Below are positions 49,441 to 63,933 of a stretch of DNA of 64,000 nucleotides, one piece after another. Within the stretch, counting starts at the first letter, position 1. The number at the start of each line of letters is the position of its first letter. Position numbers and translations under genes: made by a program. Source of the stretch: Tubulanus polymorphus (Eukaryota; Animalia; Nemertea). The stretch is from positions 17,850,950 through 17,914,949 of the forward strand of contig NC_134029.1 of NCBI RefSeq assembly GCF_964204645.1, in the 5' to 3' direction. The notes under the pieces were generated by a model. It did no database searches, was not told the origin of the DNA, and saw only the letters and a program-made list of their open reading frames with translations.

Positions 49441-52400
49441 TTAACCATGGTCTTCGTTTCGTATAGTGGCACCCTCTGTCTCTGAATCGGTCGTAATTAC
49501 AGGAATATCCATGTGCACCGTGGTGAAGAACGCTATTTTTTCTCTGCAAGAAAGAACCAAAAATCGGACGATGAAGGAATAGATATCTGATGAAATTCGA
49601 AGTGAGATCCCAGGTTGAGGGATTTTAGCGATTAGCAATCAAAATTGTTGAACCCAAGAACTATTTGTATTTCTGTAAAAATCAACAAACTGCAGTTGCA
49701 GTAGTGCTCAACAATTTGAAACGCAATACCAACAAGGTATTACCCGTATCAAACCACAAAGATTCGTTTCGTAACGCTGGTTTATTTTCAATTTGTCAAT
49801 TACTCCCAACGTCAGTTTCTATCTAAATTTTGCAACTGGCTACTTCCTACTACCAATGTTTTAAGTCTAGCAGCCACAGACATGCCCAGTAATATGGTAG
49901 GAAAATATTGTGAAACCTACTACACTATTAAACATACCTAAATGACATGACATCAACCTTCTGATTAGCAGACTGTATCTTCCGTAGTTTATGAACCTCC
50001 TTGTTAACCTTTTTCAGCAAACGATCGACTTTACGTTGATGAGTTGATGGAGGACTCTGGTCTTGCCTTTCACTCTAAAACACAAAATGAAATACAACCA
50101 TAATAGCATTGATAGATAAACAGATCAAACCTATAGCTTCAGAATGAACGCATGTATTACGTACCAGGCTTTCAGCTTCCTGCAGCAATTCTAACAAACG
50201 TTCGTTCTCGGTAAACCAAGAAGGTAATTCACTTTGTCCTAAGATAAAAATCGAAATAAATACTAACGGGAATAGCTTTCCATATTTTGACTGAATATCT
50301 AGTCAGGCACCGAGCTCATGATCATGTTTCACGGCTATGGGTTCGAATTCGACTCTTAAAGAGTTACAACATTGAAAAAGAAACACAACCCTTGGGCCTT
50401 GCCCAAACATTGGTTTAAGATAACTGGTGGATAAATACCAAAGTTACAATGAATTTTTAATTGTCACTATGTCACACGTACCACTTTCTTTCGCTTGTCT
50501 CATTTTCTCGATCAATTCTTGAAGACGACCGATCTCATCTTTCAACTGGGTGAGTTTTGTTTGCGAAGCTTGTAAATCGAGTTCTAAATCGAGGCTTGTG
50601 CAAACTCTGTTTCGATCTTTCGGAGTCTTGAATCGATGCATTGTACACGGTGGCTACGAACAATAAATACATTGTCAAATATCAAGGTATATCTAAATCA
50701 AAGAATAAAATCCGCCCATGAAGGATAAGCTGCTCACTGTTTGGCAAATCATTTTACGTCTTCGTTATACGACGCCATGCCCAAGAGCACGAGTAATGAA
50801 ATCAAGCGTCATGAGGCCAGGGGCGGGTGGATGCAAGTTCCGGACTGATACTGGATCCCTGCCAAGCGTGAGTGATGTATTTATCATCAGCGTAAATGAC
50901 AATCACACAATTGATGATACACATACAAATGTATTCAAAAAGTGTTGGAAAATAAATATCAACGATTGTGGGATTTTCATCTAATATCCAACCAATCGTT
51001 TCACAACGCGTCAAATGATAAAGGCTTCTGAATTGTTGCTTGTAAATGGTCACAACTTCTTCGATGGCCTCGCACCTCTCAGGAAAAGAAATCTGCTAAT
51101 AATGTCTTCGATGGTGCTCAGTAGGTTAAGCGATGAGAAAAATTGTAATATATGTCGACTCAAGTCAAAATTTTCAATTAATAATGAGCCAAGTTTCCAA
51201 CAAAAACTTCGGAACTGAGGCTCATCTTGGTGCCATCGTTCCTACAGTTACATGAATTCAAAATTCCCAAGTTTTTCCCAAGAATTTCATGGGTGATATT
51301 CAGTTTTCCCAAATGGAAAATGTGGGGCCTTTGTAAAAATGAACAAATAGCGTCAGTTGACATTTTAGTGGTGACTGGTTGAAGGTGATTTCCAAGGGAA
51401 ATCCCTGAAAAAAATTGCCCTCAGCAAATGCAATACGCGAATTGTGAATGAATTTCTCAAATATTTCCCTGATTGGAGGAAAATTTCTCATATTCCCAAA
51501 TATTTCCAAACTGGGAATTATCATTTCTAAATTCCCAAACTTTTCCCAATTTCCCTGTTCTGTGTGAACGATGTGGTGCTTTGCTACAATTGTAAATTGT
51601 AGCCTGAGCGGTACTGACTTTCCCATATACGAATCATTCCAGATTTAAAATCTGTATTTGCGACTCATCGTGAAATCATAAAATACCTTTTTCCATCGTA
51701 AACTCCTTCGTTCTTTTGAATTACGTTGAAAGGGTCCTCGACGATACAGCGGTACTAAACTATCGCTGCCGCGACGATTCAGTTTGCAATGACCGTGTGC
51801 GTCACCGGCCGGCGAAAACGTCTGCGAACGTCGAATCGTACTCGAATGCATCGTGTCGTCCGCGTGTTTTTTCGACCACGACGTCGCATGCTGATAGTTG
51901 CGCTCCGTGTTCGTTTCTTTATCGCAGCGTTCGGCGTCCTCGTCGCGGTCCGAGTACTCCTCTTCGGAGAGGTCGCCGCCGTCCATATCGGCGTCGTCAT
52001 CGGCGTCGTCGCTGTACTTGACCTCGTAACCGGACGGCAAATCGGCGGACGGAGAGTCCTACAATAATGTTAGATCATACCAATTCAAATGAACACAGAG
52101 TCGATCATTGACATACAGGATATGTCAGGGTACCTACAGATCGGTCATTCCCGGATTTAAGGAGTTTTAAAGGAGAAAATTTCAAATTTAGAGCAAATGT
52201 CCGCATCACTTTCATATCCAAATTACAGCAGACTCCTAAATCAGTACTGTTTATCTCAGTAAACCGTTAATTCGGTGGTGAAAAAATCCAGGCCTCAACT
52301 GCACTGATTTAAACGTAGTTTATTGTACAACTAAAAACATTTCTAATTGCTGTAAGAACTGAAACAGTTTGAAACTGTAGTACGTATGTATATTTTTGCA

Positions 52401-55400
52401 GTAAATTTATATACAGAATACTTGATCCCAATTGTCAACTCCGTTAATCCAATTAAGTCTGTAAATTTTACTAAAATCTATTTGGGAAACCTTCTATTAC
52501 GTCGACTCTCAAGCCGATTGAATATTTACAGTCCCAACAAGTCCCAAACAAGAGATAATTTCCATATACGGGAAACTGAATTTATCGACCTGCAAGTATA
52601 CAGTCAGCCCTCCTGGTATACAGCCTACGTAGACGATTTAGGATTTCAGGAGTATAGAGATGTGGGGATAATTTCGACTAGTTACAAAATAAGATGCAGA
52701 TGTTATTGGAAATATCTGGTGTGTTCGGCGGCAGCGGTGGATAATCAAGGGACATTGATTGCATAGAGCAGCGGCAACAAAATGAAACATACCAATTCAG
52801 AAGAAACAATTTCCTCTGCCTCTTCATCATAAGGCCCTTCATCTTCAGCTTCATCTTGACTGCTCGTTACTTCTTCGCCATCGGGAGGACTGCCGCATTT
52901 ATGACGTTCCATTTCATCTGGGTCTAAATAGACAATTACGATACTTATATCATGAACAAGACTACCTAACACGGTATCAAGAGAGGTCTAGAATAGATCG
53001 CGGTTTTTTATGCATATATTACTAAAATTGATGATATATACACCGAAACAAGGGTAAAGAAAATCGAAGGGAATTTTGTGTTCGAAATGTTGCTTGGTTA
53101 TTTTTGAAAAAGTTTAAATAGTATACTGGCACTAAAATTTATCTTGATTGTGTTTAGTTTGTGTTAAATTTGGATCAATGGTTTCAAAAATGATAATCCC
53201 ACAATTAGAAGTTGACTAAAATTGAAATAGTACGTAATACTGCCATACCCATATACAAGGGCCCAGTTTTATAGACTAGTTTTGACTTAACCTGAGGGGC
53301 TAACTTAATCGATTTGATTTCCCAATCGAGATAACCCTCAGGTTAGAGATGATCCTAGTCTATAAAACGGGACCCTGGATTATGGGTTATAATTAGCTTA
53401 AATTAGTCACAGATCACTATTCCAAGCTAACTGGTTCAAGGGTTAAGGGTTAATGATCAGGGAAATCATTAAGAAATAAATGTCTGTGAATAAATTGTGA
53501 CTTTATTGAAATCAGTGAGTTTATTTATTGTTCATTGCATCAGTTTTAAGATTAGAAGATCATAATAACAAGAAGTTGTTTACCTTGATTTCTAGTAAGT
53601 GTAGATGGTTGTGATGATATGATAGTTGACTCATCGCTGCTCTCCTCTTTTAAACTAGAGATATGAGGATGCGACGACCGATGCGTTGAATCCTTGATAT
53701 TTTCCGCCGATCCTGCCTCCGGCACGACAACACTTCTCTGTTTCAGAGTGGACGACGTCTTTAACGACTGGTCCATGCAACCCTGTACGGTAATTGAAAT
53801 AAATGGTAGTGGCGCTCGAATCTGATCGATTAACGTCAGCGGTAATGGAGATTCTCACCTTTTCAGAAAGAGAATTTTGAGAACACACCGACGTTTGGCT
53901 GCCCATCGACGTGATCTGACAATCCGACTGCATGAACTTGAAACTGAGCACATTATACCAGCGCGTAAGGGTCACCGCAGGGTCGAAATCGGCAAGACTC
54001 ACTTGAGCGCAGCCCTTCAAATATAAACAATTTCATAAATTATCATCCCGGGTAGGCACTTGTCTATCCTACGCTGTCGTGTTTGATAACAAGCTAATCA
54101 TAATTAAAATGCCGGTAGAAAGTGATTACATAAGATACTCGGCCCAGCACTTTTGTCAGAAGGTAGGAAGGCTGTCCACTTTTGGGGACATTGTTATTGT
54201 GACACGATACTGTTGAGTGAAATTTGTTACTCAACAATGTTGTATCGCACCAACAACGGAAACAACATATTTTGTTGAAACAATAAAATAGGAAAAATGA
54301 AAGACAGCACATCAAATGAAACTTGGCTGCTTGTTGTCCGCAGGCAAAATGAGCAAACTATGAAGTACTACTTTCACATGAGACATTTTTAGGATGCATG
54401 CATTATGGACAGGCCTGTTATTTCCATTTTGGAGTAGTTTTCATCATTAATTGGAATAATTTGACAGGAGAAATAGTTATTTGATTGAAAATGAACTAAA
54501 AATCATTCTGATTTTGATAATTATGGTAGTAATTGAGGCTTTTAAAAAGAGTAGAAACTACTCTTAAATAGTAGTGGTAGAGTCAGGTCTGTATGAATCT
54601 GTTTGCACCGTTTATATTCGTCCAGTTGCCTGAAAAATGGACAGATCAAATCTATTGCAATCATTACTGAAGAGCTATCTCTAAATTCTTACCAAGCATT
54701 CTTCGTATGCTGTCGTGGATTGTAAGCACCATATATTAACTTGCAGTGTTTTCGTGAACAGTCTATTTTCCGGGATGTTCACGCGGAAACTGTGGTTGAA
54801 TTTCGGGCAGTTTAAATTTCCCGATGGCAGAGTTGTAAACACATTTTGACCCGGTGGCGAGGGAAGCAACGCTGTTTTTATACACCTGAAAAATTTGAAG
54901 TAGAAATTAGATAAATATGCAGCAATAGCCATTTTTTCTGTACGGAGTTGAACTCATCATATTCCAGGGACTGAAAGGTAAACAAATTTTGATCATCTGG
55001 TATTCGAGCTTCATATTCAAGCTGGTACTTGATTAACCCTTTCATTGCTGACTCATTAATTCCCGAAAGTGCTGGAGATAATCTGAAAACTGTAAGAAAT
55101 TCCACCCCAGTGCATATAACAGGAATACCACTATAATGTCTACACAGCGATCCTTCCTTGGGCACTTATATTTCATCATGTTTGATAGGTCTTTCCATCT
55201 TTCAGTAGAGATAAAAGGTTATTACTAATAACATCAATATACCGTGATGCAGTGTACTAACAAAATCCATCGCCGATTCATACACAGCACTGAATGGGTG
55301 AACTTTAGCCAATGAAGAATGGATGATTACGGTTGGTGCAAACAGTCTCCATACCGTAACGCAGAAGACGTCACTTCAGATTCAGTTTAACCAATGTTTC

Positions 55401-58400
55401 AATAAAAACGGACAATTTTTTCTGCGATTTCAGTGAGACTTGTTCAATTAGAATCGATGGGTCTTTCATGTGATCCTAATCACCCGAAACAGCCACATAA
55501 TTTTAATTGATCAGTAATTCGTATTGGCACCTATCTTGTTGAAGTATATTCAATATTTATTTAATATTCATAAACTGAATACTTCCTCATACACGGCCAT
55601 TTTCATACGGCTATGTCAGAGCAAGGCCATGTAAACATTGAAGATGTATTTTCAATGGTATGCCAAAATAATCTAGGACAGCAAATTTTATTTCAAGAAG
55701 TAACAAGAGTCCATGGACCTTGAGACTTCCTCAAGAAAATTGGAAGTTTCAGATAGTTTGGGAAAATGAACAAGAGGCAGGCTGGGGCGGTCAACGTGGC
55801 TTAATCTATCAAGTTTAATTGTTTTGCTACAATGTACACTACAGAATGCAGTTCTTCAAAAGTTGGTAAAAGATGGTTTCATGTAATTGATACTCTCAGC
55901 AACTTTAAAGCATTTAGCCCCAATCGTTTTTTCATTATCTGTTCACACAACCTTTACTCATATAAACTTACACTTGTGAATTTTCAGCCATGGGTAATGC
56001 TGCCAGGTTACGAGCTTGCTCTATTCCAATGATCAGTTGTTTTTCAAATTGCTCATATCGTAATTTCACTTGGACTTGCGCGCATTCCAAATTCAGCACC
56101 AATACGTCGTCTAAAGCACCAGGTCTAGACAAATAGGAGATTTTAGGCACCATAAGCAATCACATATTAGAAATAATATATCTATTGCCTTTTTTTTTCG
56201 CTAAGAAATTATCTTGAAACAACCCTTAAAGATAATCAAGAGAATCAACTTTCATTTGCCTCAGCATTTGATGGGTATAAGTCATTCTAATAAATCCATA
56301 GGGCCTCTATACAGTCAATCTCGCTTAAGTTCATTGGATCGTCCCCTTTCTTTGGATGCAGTCCCAGCATGTATTTCTATCATCATTGGAATTAGTCATC
56401 AACTAACTGAGAGTGACTGTATCATCGTAATCTTTTCTTCCTTTCAAAACTAGTAAATCTACTCAGTAAATCTAAAACAATCCATTCAGGATTCTGTATC
56501 ACATTAAGTTAAACTCAAGTTTTATGTTTCAGCCACTATTTGTCATTGTTCTATATTTTTTCGAGGGGGATAACAATTCAAACTTTTTTCAAACCGTAGC
56601 ATACACTAACTCGTAACATATTTCTTCGACATCACTTACCGGTTGATACTGGCTTCGAATACGCCGCTATCGCCGGCTACGGACTCGTCGCTGACCGCGG
56701 CCGATACGCTGCGAGTCGTCAAACCGCCCGACATATTATTGCACACTCCCGAACTCGTTTCGCTGATCGGGCTCAACGGTGGCAGATTACTGGGCTCGGC
56801 GTCGCCGCCGCCCGACGGCTGCTTCTGACGTAAGACGCCCGTCATACAAACACCGGAATCGATGCTATCCGGAGTCAACGGAGAATGCGGCGACACAGAT
56901 TTCACCGGAGTATTACTTATATTGTTATTATTACTAACCGCTTGTGCGTTCGCGTGATTATTGAAATCAACGTTACTACTAGAACCGGCCGCCGTGTTCT
57001 TCGCCGATAATTGCAATTCCATAAATTGAGATTGTAATGAGCATTGTTCCGTGTTGTTTTGGTCCGCGGTGCCGGCGCGCTGTTGCACGACCATCGTCAT
57101 GTGCTGTTGATAAGTCGGCGGCGGTCCGATCTCGAGCGGCGACACCGGCGGCGATATCGATGCTTGCGACGACGGGGCCGGCGCGACGGTCAACAAGCCG
57201 CGATCAGCGATCGGCTGTATCGCCAACGATATCGGTTGCCGCGCGACGACATTGAATTGTTCGTCCGGCGTCGCGGACGTCGTTTGCAGTTCATTGATCG
57301 GCGAGATGCTGTGACCCTGCAGCACGTGGTAAATACGATTCATATCCTGTATGTTCGTATCCGTTTGATGATGCTGTCCGTAAATATCGGTGAAACTAAG
57401 AGAACTCTGTGAACCTTTACTGCTCGTCGCCGACAATGAACCGAGCGAACCGAGACTCGATCCAGATGACGCCGATAACGTACTCAACGATAAACTGAAA
57501 GATTAGAGAAAAATGTTCAGACACCAAAACAACAACATACGAATACGTTCGACAATTCAACCGAATGCAGATAAAATTCTTTTGCTCAATTTATCTAATG
57601 CTTGTTTGGTTTATCTTATCAGAGTTCGATAATTTGTCAATACGATTCCAATTACAATGACACGAGATAGCTAACGAGAAAAATCGAACGATAGTTTTAC
57701 CTGCGAAGTTGAGTCTCGAGGAAAGTTTGCGCTTTAATCGCGTCCTCGAGTTTCTTACGAATCAACGCTTTCGTTTCTTGTACCTTTAACCTAAAGTAGG
57801 AAAACAGGTGATGTTATCGAAAATGACATCTGAGCACCTAGCAGCTGCTCGGATGTTACTTCTCCCCAGGGAAAGATGACTGGTACATGAATAGAGTTAA
57901 AGGCTAGGGGTAATAATACCAAGTTTGGAGCGCACTTAAACAGACTCTAGTTTGGATGCCTGCACTATATAAATGACAGTTATTATTAATGCATCATTGA
58001 GGGTTACCTGTCATTAGTGATGGTGTAGACCGGTTGCCCTAAAGGCTCGCTTTGTTGACAGCCGCAGAGTCAGCGGTGTTGTAACAAAGGGCACTGCTCA
58101 GGGTTGGTCAGGGTATAGTATAAATAGTGTAATGATTAAAAGATTTGATCAGAATAAATTTCAGCTTGCATGAAGAAAGACTTGTTTTACGTTTGCTTTC
58201 TACAGCGTACGTTTGTCTGTACGGGTATTTTAGCGTCAGAAATTGTGAGTTAAATTGGCAAACATCTCAGCCAATCGATGCAGATATCTTCGAAATTTCA
58301 GATATTACGACAATCAGTGAAAAACTGGAGCTTGCTTCACTTCACAGAATTAGTCAAAACAATACAATTCTGAGGAAATATTAAGTTTTTGGGTGAGAGT

Positions 58401-61400
58401 CTTCTCGATTAAAATTCAGGTTTTCTTTTTACCTTTCCGCAATTTGCCGACTCGACATTTCCATCGCGGTGTTTAAATCAAGCTCTAACTGATGAATTTG
58501 TGCCAGCACATTCGCATCATCTCGTCGTCCTTTCATTGTCATACCTCGTAATTCTCTTAATAACTGCTCTTTTTCTTGTATCAACAACAATCTGAAATAT
58601 CATTTCACATGACTCGTCTACTACGGATCTGATTATCGGAAAAATTACCAGGCATGCTTCAACAACTTATAATATACTAGTTGCATGGTTCCCACAGTTA
58701 CATGAATTAAAAATTCCCAAGTTTTTCCCTAATATTTCATTGGTGATTTTTCAATTTTCCCAAATGGAAATGAACAGATACCATCATGCTGAAGTCGACA
58801 TTTTAGTGGTAACTGGTAGATAAAGGTGGTTTTCAAGGGAAATCGCTGAAGAAAGTTGCCCTTGGCAAATGCAACACGTGACATGTAATGAATTTCCCAA
58901 ATATTTCCCTGATTTGAGAAAATTTTTCAAATTCCCAAATATTTCCAAACTGGAGATTAATATTTCATAATTTCCAAGTTTTTCCCAATTTCCCTGTTCT
59001 GTGGGAACCATGTAGTTGGGGTAACGATTGTGAGAGTTCAGCTGCTTTATCATTTGACAAAAATTGCTGAACAATGTTAGTAAACTTTTGAAGAAATAAG
59101 AATAATGCTTCGTCGAAAATCTGAGAAAATTGGTACGAACCGATCTTTATCCGATTCCGATTGACCGGGAATAATTTGCTGTTCTATTTTCGCCAACTCC
59201 ACCCAGTGGTTGTTAACGTTTTTCTTGGCTTCGTCATATAAAAATCCCATACGAGCGATTTCCGCTAACCTCGCACCGCTAGACAAACCCTGTAAATATA
59301 GACGCCAGAATGTTAGAGTAAATTCAACATTATTTTCCAACAGATTCAACTACGGTGAAAGCTAGTAGAAGAACATCATGATAACCATAAACATTTGACT
59401 GCATCAAACCTAGGATTTGAATTTAACTGCCAAATTTAAGGCAAAAATTAGTCGAGTATGCATTAGTTTCCAGGGTTTCCCTAATTAAATTGGCGCAGAT
59501 GATAACGGGGGGATCTAGGATCTGATTTAGGGAGGGGTGCACCCATGAAAATATAATCAAACGGGCGCCCCAAAAGAAGCTTATTGGGAAACATTAACTC
59601 ATTTTTTGAAATACAGAGAGTAAGCTTACGAACTTAAAGCTCTTTGGGTATCATTTCAATATTTTTCATTTTCCTGTAACATTTCAGGGCAACTACGGTA
59701 GACTCTTTTGCCTTTTTGCTCACCTTCTGGAATTCGCCCATCATGGAAATTAAATATATATGTTCAGATGATGAATGGCACTTTGAAATGAGCACTGACT
59801 TATTTGGGCGTAGTTATCCGATCCCAGACCAGGTACATTATGACAGTCCTCGAAGGGTTAAATATTGAAGAACATACTTTGACCCGGTAATTCAAAAGTA
59901 AACACGGAACCGCAGAGGTTTTACTTACGTCTCCGGACAAATCCGTCTGTGAAGCCATGTTACTTTTCTCACACGGCAGTGAAAGTGTTGAGACATCGGG
60001 TGATGAACCGCTCTGTAGTTTATTCATTAAAATATCATCCTTTAACTTGGCAAGAGACTGGAAAAGATTTCAACAAATCCGATTAGAATAAGATCTTGGT
60101 GAATTTTTTTTGCAATAATCAACGTCAATTATTCAATCATTCGGAACATGCATTCAACAATCAGGCGCATCTAGACCCAATTCCACAGTCCTGTGTTCAA
60201 TATTTGACTCAGAGCAACTCATTGAAAATGAACTTATTTCAACTCGGAGTTAACTCTTATCTCACAACGGTGGAACCGGGTCCAGGCAATCATCTTTGAA
60301 TACTAACATGCATTAGATTTTGTTTTTCTTTTTGACCGGATATCAATGACTTCTGAATGCATTTGATACGTTCTCGAATCTCTTGGGCTTCATTGATGTT
60401 GTACATACTAGCTTGCCCGGACATCTTCTCATCAACTCTGCAAATACACGAAAAATCAATAATCAATACCAATAAAGTTAATTACAGGTGGTGAAATGGT
60501 ATCCAAATGAGGAAGTGGGCGATCCCATTAGATCCCCTTGATTGCCACCGCAACATTGCTACATGACGAATCCTCCTTATTACGGAGATCGGGAGAAAGG
60601 TCTTTCCAACCTGCAAATATGAAAATGGTGGTTTTTTCAACCACAGAAAATTACGATTAGTTAGGTTATGCATTGTATACCATGGTAGGTAAGGGATAGG
60701 TAACAAGTAGTAAAATAGGTTAGCAATGGCATCTAACCTCGATGGTTCAAGTGGCTTGAGCTTTGCACTAGTACCGAGGTTCTTTTGATGTCGAATCCCA
60801 ATTTTCATTGTTATTACTTAGAATTACCTAAGTACTGTGCGACTTGGAATTGGGAGTTAGAAAAGATTGCACAACCGATGTGACAGCATTAACTAACCAT
60901 GCATCACTGATAAATGCCTTACAGCAAAGTACGGGAAGTAAGCACCACGAGCTATTTTTTAGCTTAGAACTTTAAACTTTTCAATTCATTCGCCGTGAAT
61001 CTAGTAGGAGCATTTTAGAATGTATCTCCTACCCATACAGACCATGAAGGATCTTGGAAACTTGGATAACCTTTGCCTGAAGATGCTACTGAAGATGTTC
61101 TGTACCCATGGAGCCACAGGTATTGACACACCCTCCCCCAGGGATTCAAACCTGATGGCATCGAGACTCGCCACGGTACAAAACCTTGCCACACTACAAC
61201 GATTCTGCAGCTTAGATGATGGGATTATGAGCCAATCAAAAATGACATTTTATTTCAGCCAGTTTTTTCCATTTTGTTTATTCAAATTTGTCTCAGCAAT
61301 TATACAACAGGCAATCTGATTGGTGCCGCATGTACCTGCGCACCCGGTCTAGTGTGGCATGGTTTTGTGCCTTGGCTGAGTCTAGCGATGCCACCAGGTT

Positions 61401-63933
61401 CGAATCCCTGCTGAGGAGGATGCAGGTAACAAAACTTTAGGAAGCAAGCGAAAATGTAGTTCTATGAGAAATATGTTCCTCACGCGGGAGTAGGGAGTCG
61501 CATTTCCAAGCTACTGTACGTTAATCACGCACTGTGTTCCAACTGATCAACAGGCCGCAGATGCCTGAAATATGTTTATAACCTTTGTCCTTCGTACATG
61601 CAGATACCTATCAACGTGCAAAGATCACTTCAGCGACCGCTGCATTAAATCATGAAAAGATTTAACAGAATATGTATTTGACTTTCAGTATGGCCTATAA
61701 TTACCTCTCACGAAGAAAGACAGGTAGTAAAGTAAAGTATCCCGACTAGGCATACGTGTATATTTCTATTATTTGTCTAAGCCTGATTTACACAACTGAA
61801 AAGTGGAACGACATAAAAAGTAGATCAGTTTTTGAAATGCATCGATGCAAATGAAATGGTTAAACGCAAATATTTATGCGAGGAATGTGTTGATCTTGGC
61901 ACAGATTCTAGAGTGAAAGGTATGAAAACATATACGGCATTTAAACAGGACAAAAATACGATTCTCGATATTTCAGAATAGAACGTCAAATTGTAAATGA
62001 AGTTTACAACGTTATCGTCATATTTCACATTACAAATATTTATTGTTTGAAATCACCGACAGTCGCTGTCTGGTCACCCTCTATTTTTGACTGTTCTGTT
62101 CCATTCTAAAGCATCTGTGATAGTAGAAATGATTCTTTTTTCTACTTTTTATTTCATCAGCCATACTCCCGAGTAGACCGAATCTAAAAAAATCATCGAT
62201 TTTCCTTTCTTTCTTGAAATTTCTTAACCCCGGCAAATTACTCAGCTTTGTCGGATTACTCAGCATTGTAAAATTGAGGAAAGTTTTCTGCCATTTTTAT
62301 CCAACACATTATAGGGCCTAGTCACTTCTAATTTTAAATGCAACATTCGACTTTTAAACATTAACCAAGTGTCATCATTCGATATGAGCAACAAGTTCGT
62401 TTTATTCTTTCGAAGAACGAGATACCGGTTAGCGGGTTACTCACACGTACACCGGTAAAACCATAAATAATACCTTACGCATAAAGGTTACGGAATTTTT
62501 CGAAAAAAAATAAGTCACTGGTACCCTGGTTACCATCAGAATGTTGGCGATTTGCTAGTGATATATATATATATACAAACAAGTCTCACAGAAAACAAAA
62601 CAAGGAGAATAGCCGAATAATGTCTGGAATTTGAAAACGTTATCTGCGAAGGGTAAATTCCAACCTGGGAAATCATGTCAAGGGTATTTAAGGGAATAGT
62701 ATAGACGGGTAGTTGTAAGGAATTCACAAACATATAATGTATCCGTGTGTGCCTGCACCAGTAACCTCTCGGTAAATCAAATGAACCGCAGAATTCCAGC
62801 ATTATATCAGATAGGGATGATCCATTCCTTATTACACGTGGATAATTTTGTAGAAACATTCCGGTTCCTTTATACCGACAGTGACGTCGCCACAGGTTCG
62901 ACACGATTATCGGACCCGGTAATGAAAAACATGGTCCTATTGAAAATTCCGCAACGGTTTTTATTCATCCTGTCTTTAGAATACATGAAAATGCATGTGG
63001 ATGCCTCAGGTTTTTCAAAATCTTATGGTGAAGGAACCCCAGGCCCCCAGCAAGGGATTCATGACTACGGTGCTCGCCTTTGCTTAAACCCAACGTATGC
63101 CCTTTTCCTGTCTGACCAGTGGGAAAATGAAGGATACATCACTGACCGGTATTCATAAATTTATCGATTCTGTAAATCTTTTTAACCATGCAATTAAAAT
63201 CTTACTGAAGTTTATCTAGGGCTTAAGAGTTTACCGCTTATGCTGGTATCAGGGTTGCATTACATATCGAAACCTTCATTAACTTTATAATCAATGAGTC
63301 AAATCATTTCAATTCACTTTAGATCAGGCTCTGACATTAACCTCACCATTGTACATAGGCTTTATCTTTAAACCTAGAACTCATTGTATTATTGCAAAGG
63401 AGCGATTGATTGTCTGACTGTGAGCTATAGATGAAATGATATTCCCGCAAAATTAAGCCAGGTTCACCGATCCCCAACAGTCAGGACACATTCTTCAACT
63501 AAAATCCTATGTCCTAGTAATATGGTCCTAAGTCAGTACCAACAAAAAACTTCAGACGGTTCCATGCATCTGGAATTTCTAAATTTTCTCGCGAAAGGCT
63601 CATAATTCCGGCTCTAATTTGCCTATAATGGATTGCCGCTAGATCCGTACCTTAGACTAAATCATTTTTAAAAGAATTTGACGCACGCATCTAAATTTTG
63701 CAAAGATATTTTACCAACCATTTCTGCGTGGTGATTTTACTCATGTCCCAAAGAAGGTATTAAGGATACTTACTGAGATAAAGTATCGACTCCCTGTTGT
63801 TTGTATTGCATTTCGGCGCGGATTTGTTCAATTTCGCGTTTCAAACGAGACACACGGTTTTTAGCCAGCGCTACGTCGGCCTTCAGCAAATCAGGATCAT
63901 ACTTCGTACTACCAACACTCGAACATGAGTTTA
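49441..63933 (-). CDS. KIBRA: KIBRA / WWC-family Hippo pathway scaffold, 3' portion (WW-domain exons lie beyond the window end)
   Basis: Phase-consistent exons: 63933-63774, 60437-60308, 60057-59929, 59289-59141, 58591-58433, 57790-57701, 57494-56640, 56124-55972, 54885-54693, 54014-53859, 53782-53584, 52923-52793, 52058-51687, 50653-50482, 50238-50165, 50074-49938, 49543-49441. Hallmarks: KYDPDLLKADV, LLLIQEKEQLLRELR, VSAAVSDESVAGDSGVFEAS, C2 domain, KEESSDEST, RSQTFSP, PFQRNSKERRSLR, TSLDLELDLQA and REKIAFFT. Confidence 0.93.
51234..51573. mobile_element. MITE with 6-bp TSD, copy 1 (KIBRA intron)
   Basis: Ends CATCGTTC...GAACGATG; flanked by TGGTGC on both sides; body similar to 58684-59012. 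Confidence 0.75.
57828..57989 (+). mobile_element. 3' fragment of a SINE with an L2-like tail
   Basis: CTTCTCCCCAGGGA...GGGTAATAAT...GAGCGCACTT...GCACTATATAAAT...TTATTATT resembles common invertebrate SINE tails (from recall). Confidence 0.4.
58684..59012. mobile_element. MITE with 6-bp TSD, copy 2 (KIBRA intron)
   Basis: Perfect 14-bp TIR CATGGTTCCCACAG / CTGTGGGAACCATG; flanked by TAGTTG on both sides. Confidence 0.8.
61132..61419. repeat. Imperfect ~65-bp inverted repeat with B-box-like motifs
   Basis: CAGGGATTCAAACCTGATGGCATCG...AAAACCTTGCCACACTA is mirrored by TAGTGTGGCATGGTTTT...CGATGCCACCAGGTTCGAATCCCTG. Confidence 0.65.

Noticed and set aside
51716-52067. Arg-rich plus-strand ORFs (also 57037-57412)
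   Set aside because: Antisense shadows of GC-rich KIBRA exons.
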